Shown one piece after another: positions 63,330-64,000 of a stretch of 64,000 bases of DNA; position 1 is the stretch's first letter; the number at the start of each line of letters is the position of its first letter. Position numbers and translations under genes: made by a program. The notes beneath the pieces are model-generated. The model did not search any database and was not told where the DNA came from. It saw only the letters and a program-made list of their open reading frames with translations. Source of the stretch: Lama guanicoe. Taxonomy: Eukaryota. The stretch covers positions 62,001 to 126,000 of the forward strand of contig MU054037.1 of assembly GCA_013239625.1 (NCBI GenBank), given 5' to 3'.

Positions 63330-64000
63330 TACAATTAAATGAACCAAGACTCTTGGGGAAAATGGTTGATTCCAAGTCTGAGGCAGGAAGTGTGAGACTG
63401 GAATATTTTATCATACCAGAAATCAAGGACACTATCTAAAACTACTAGGGTCATTCCAAAAGGACTCAGGAGCCAACTTTAAGTGGTAAAAAATATGAGC
63501 AGCAATAATAAATAATAATTAAAATGGGTTAAAACAGATTAGATATGCTGATGCCCACATATTCATAATGATACTATAAAGAAATCATTGTTCACCTTTG
63601 GAACCAATTCATTATTCCAAAAACAAATAAATAAAAGGGGAAAATATCAAAGCTCAACATGCCTTTTGCTGCATGAACTGTACCACAAAACAGCCAAATA
63701 GTTGATGAGGAAGTTCCTCCTTAAAGTATTCCAGATAATGAAAGAATAAAATTTGAATATCACCATTGTGCAAACACCAAATAAAGTAATGAATCTAAGC
63801 ATAATCATCAATGGCTGATTACACCACAAAAGTTGGTACCAACATTCATTGAGGGCCTTCTGATGGAGGCACATACCACACCCTCTGAAGCAGCCTTACC
63901 AAAATATTGAAGCCTCTAGATCTAGCTACCAGTTTACAGGAAATACAAGGGCACAGAAAACCATGCTAAAAGGCACCACAGGAATGCAATCAATAAAATT
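63330..64000 (+). mobile_element. Old L1MC-like 3'UTR
   Basis: aaatgaaccaagactcttggggaaaatggttgattcc and ttgatgaggaagttc motifs. Confidence 0.65.

Noticed and set aside
1..64000. Prokaryotic-type systems (CRISPR, operons) and the remaining short ORFs in the track
   Set aside because: The sequence is mammalian intron DNA. The remaining ORFs are repeat-derived or random, with no splice or homology support.

Overview
Mammalian genomic DNA, probably camelid (tRNA-derived Vic-1-type SINEs, no ruminant BovB/Bov-tA or pig PRE-1 seen). The window holds the 5' part of ENTPD1 (CD39, NTPDase1) on the minus strand: coding exon 1 (60876-60861, MEDRR), exon 2 (13790-13663, TM1) and exon 3 (1966-1849, apyrase conserved region 1). 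Intron 1 is about 47 kb and intron 2 about 11.7 kb; the gene continues beyond the left edge. Most intronic DNA is L1, L2, MIR, CR1, MaLR/ERVL LTR, hAT and SINE repeats. The main unexplained structure is a chain of about 19 non-repetitive, splice-site-bounded segments in intron 1 (60092 to 33551), on the same strand as ENTPD1. Joined, they read as a stop-riddled protein of roughly 1,200 codons with an IQ-like motif. This is a candidate decayed (unitary) gene nested in ENTPD1 that may once have shared its promoter or first exon. It is a by-eye reconstruction and needs comparative confirmation. Also noted: a frameshifted upstream alternative exon whose donor sits in a perfect 12-bp hairpin, and several unusual retrotransposition products. 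Repeat boundaries and family names are approximate.
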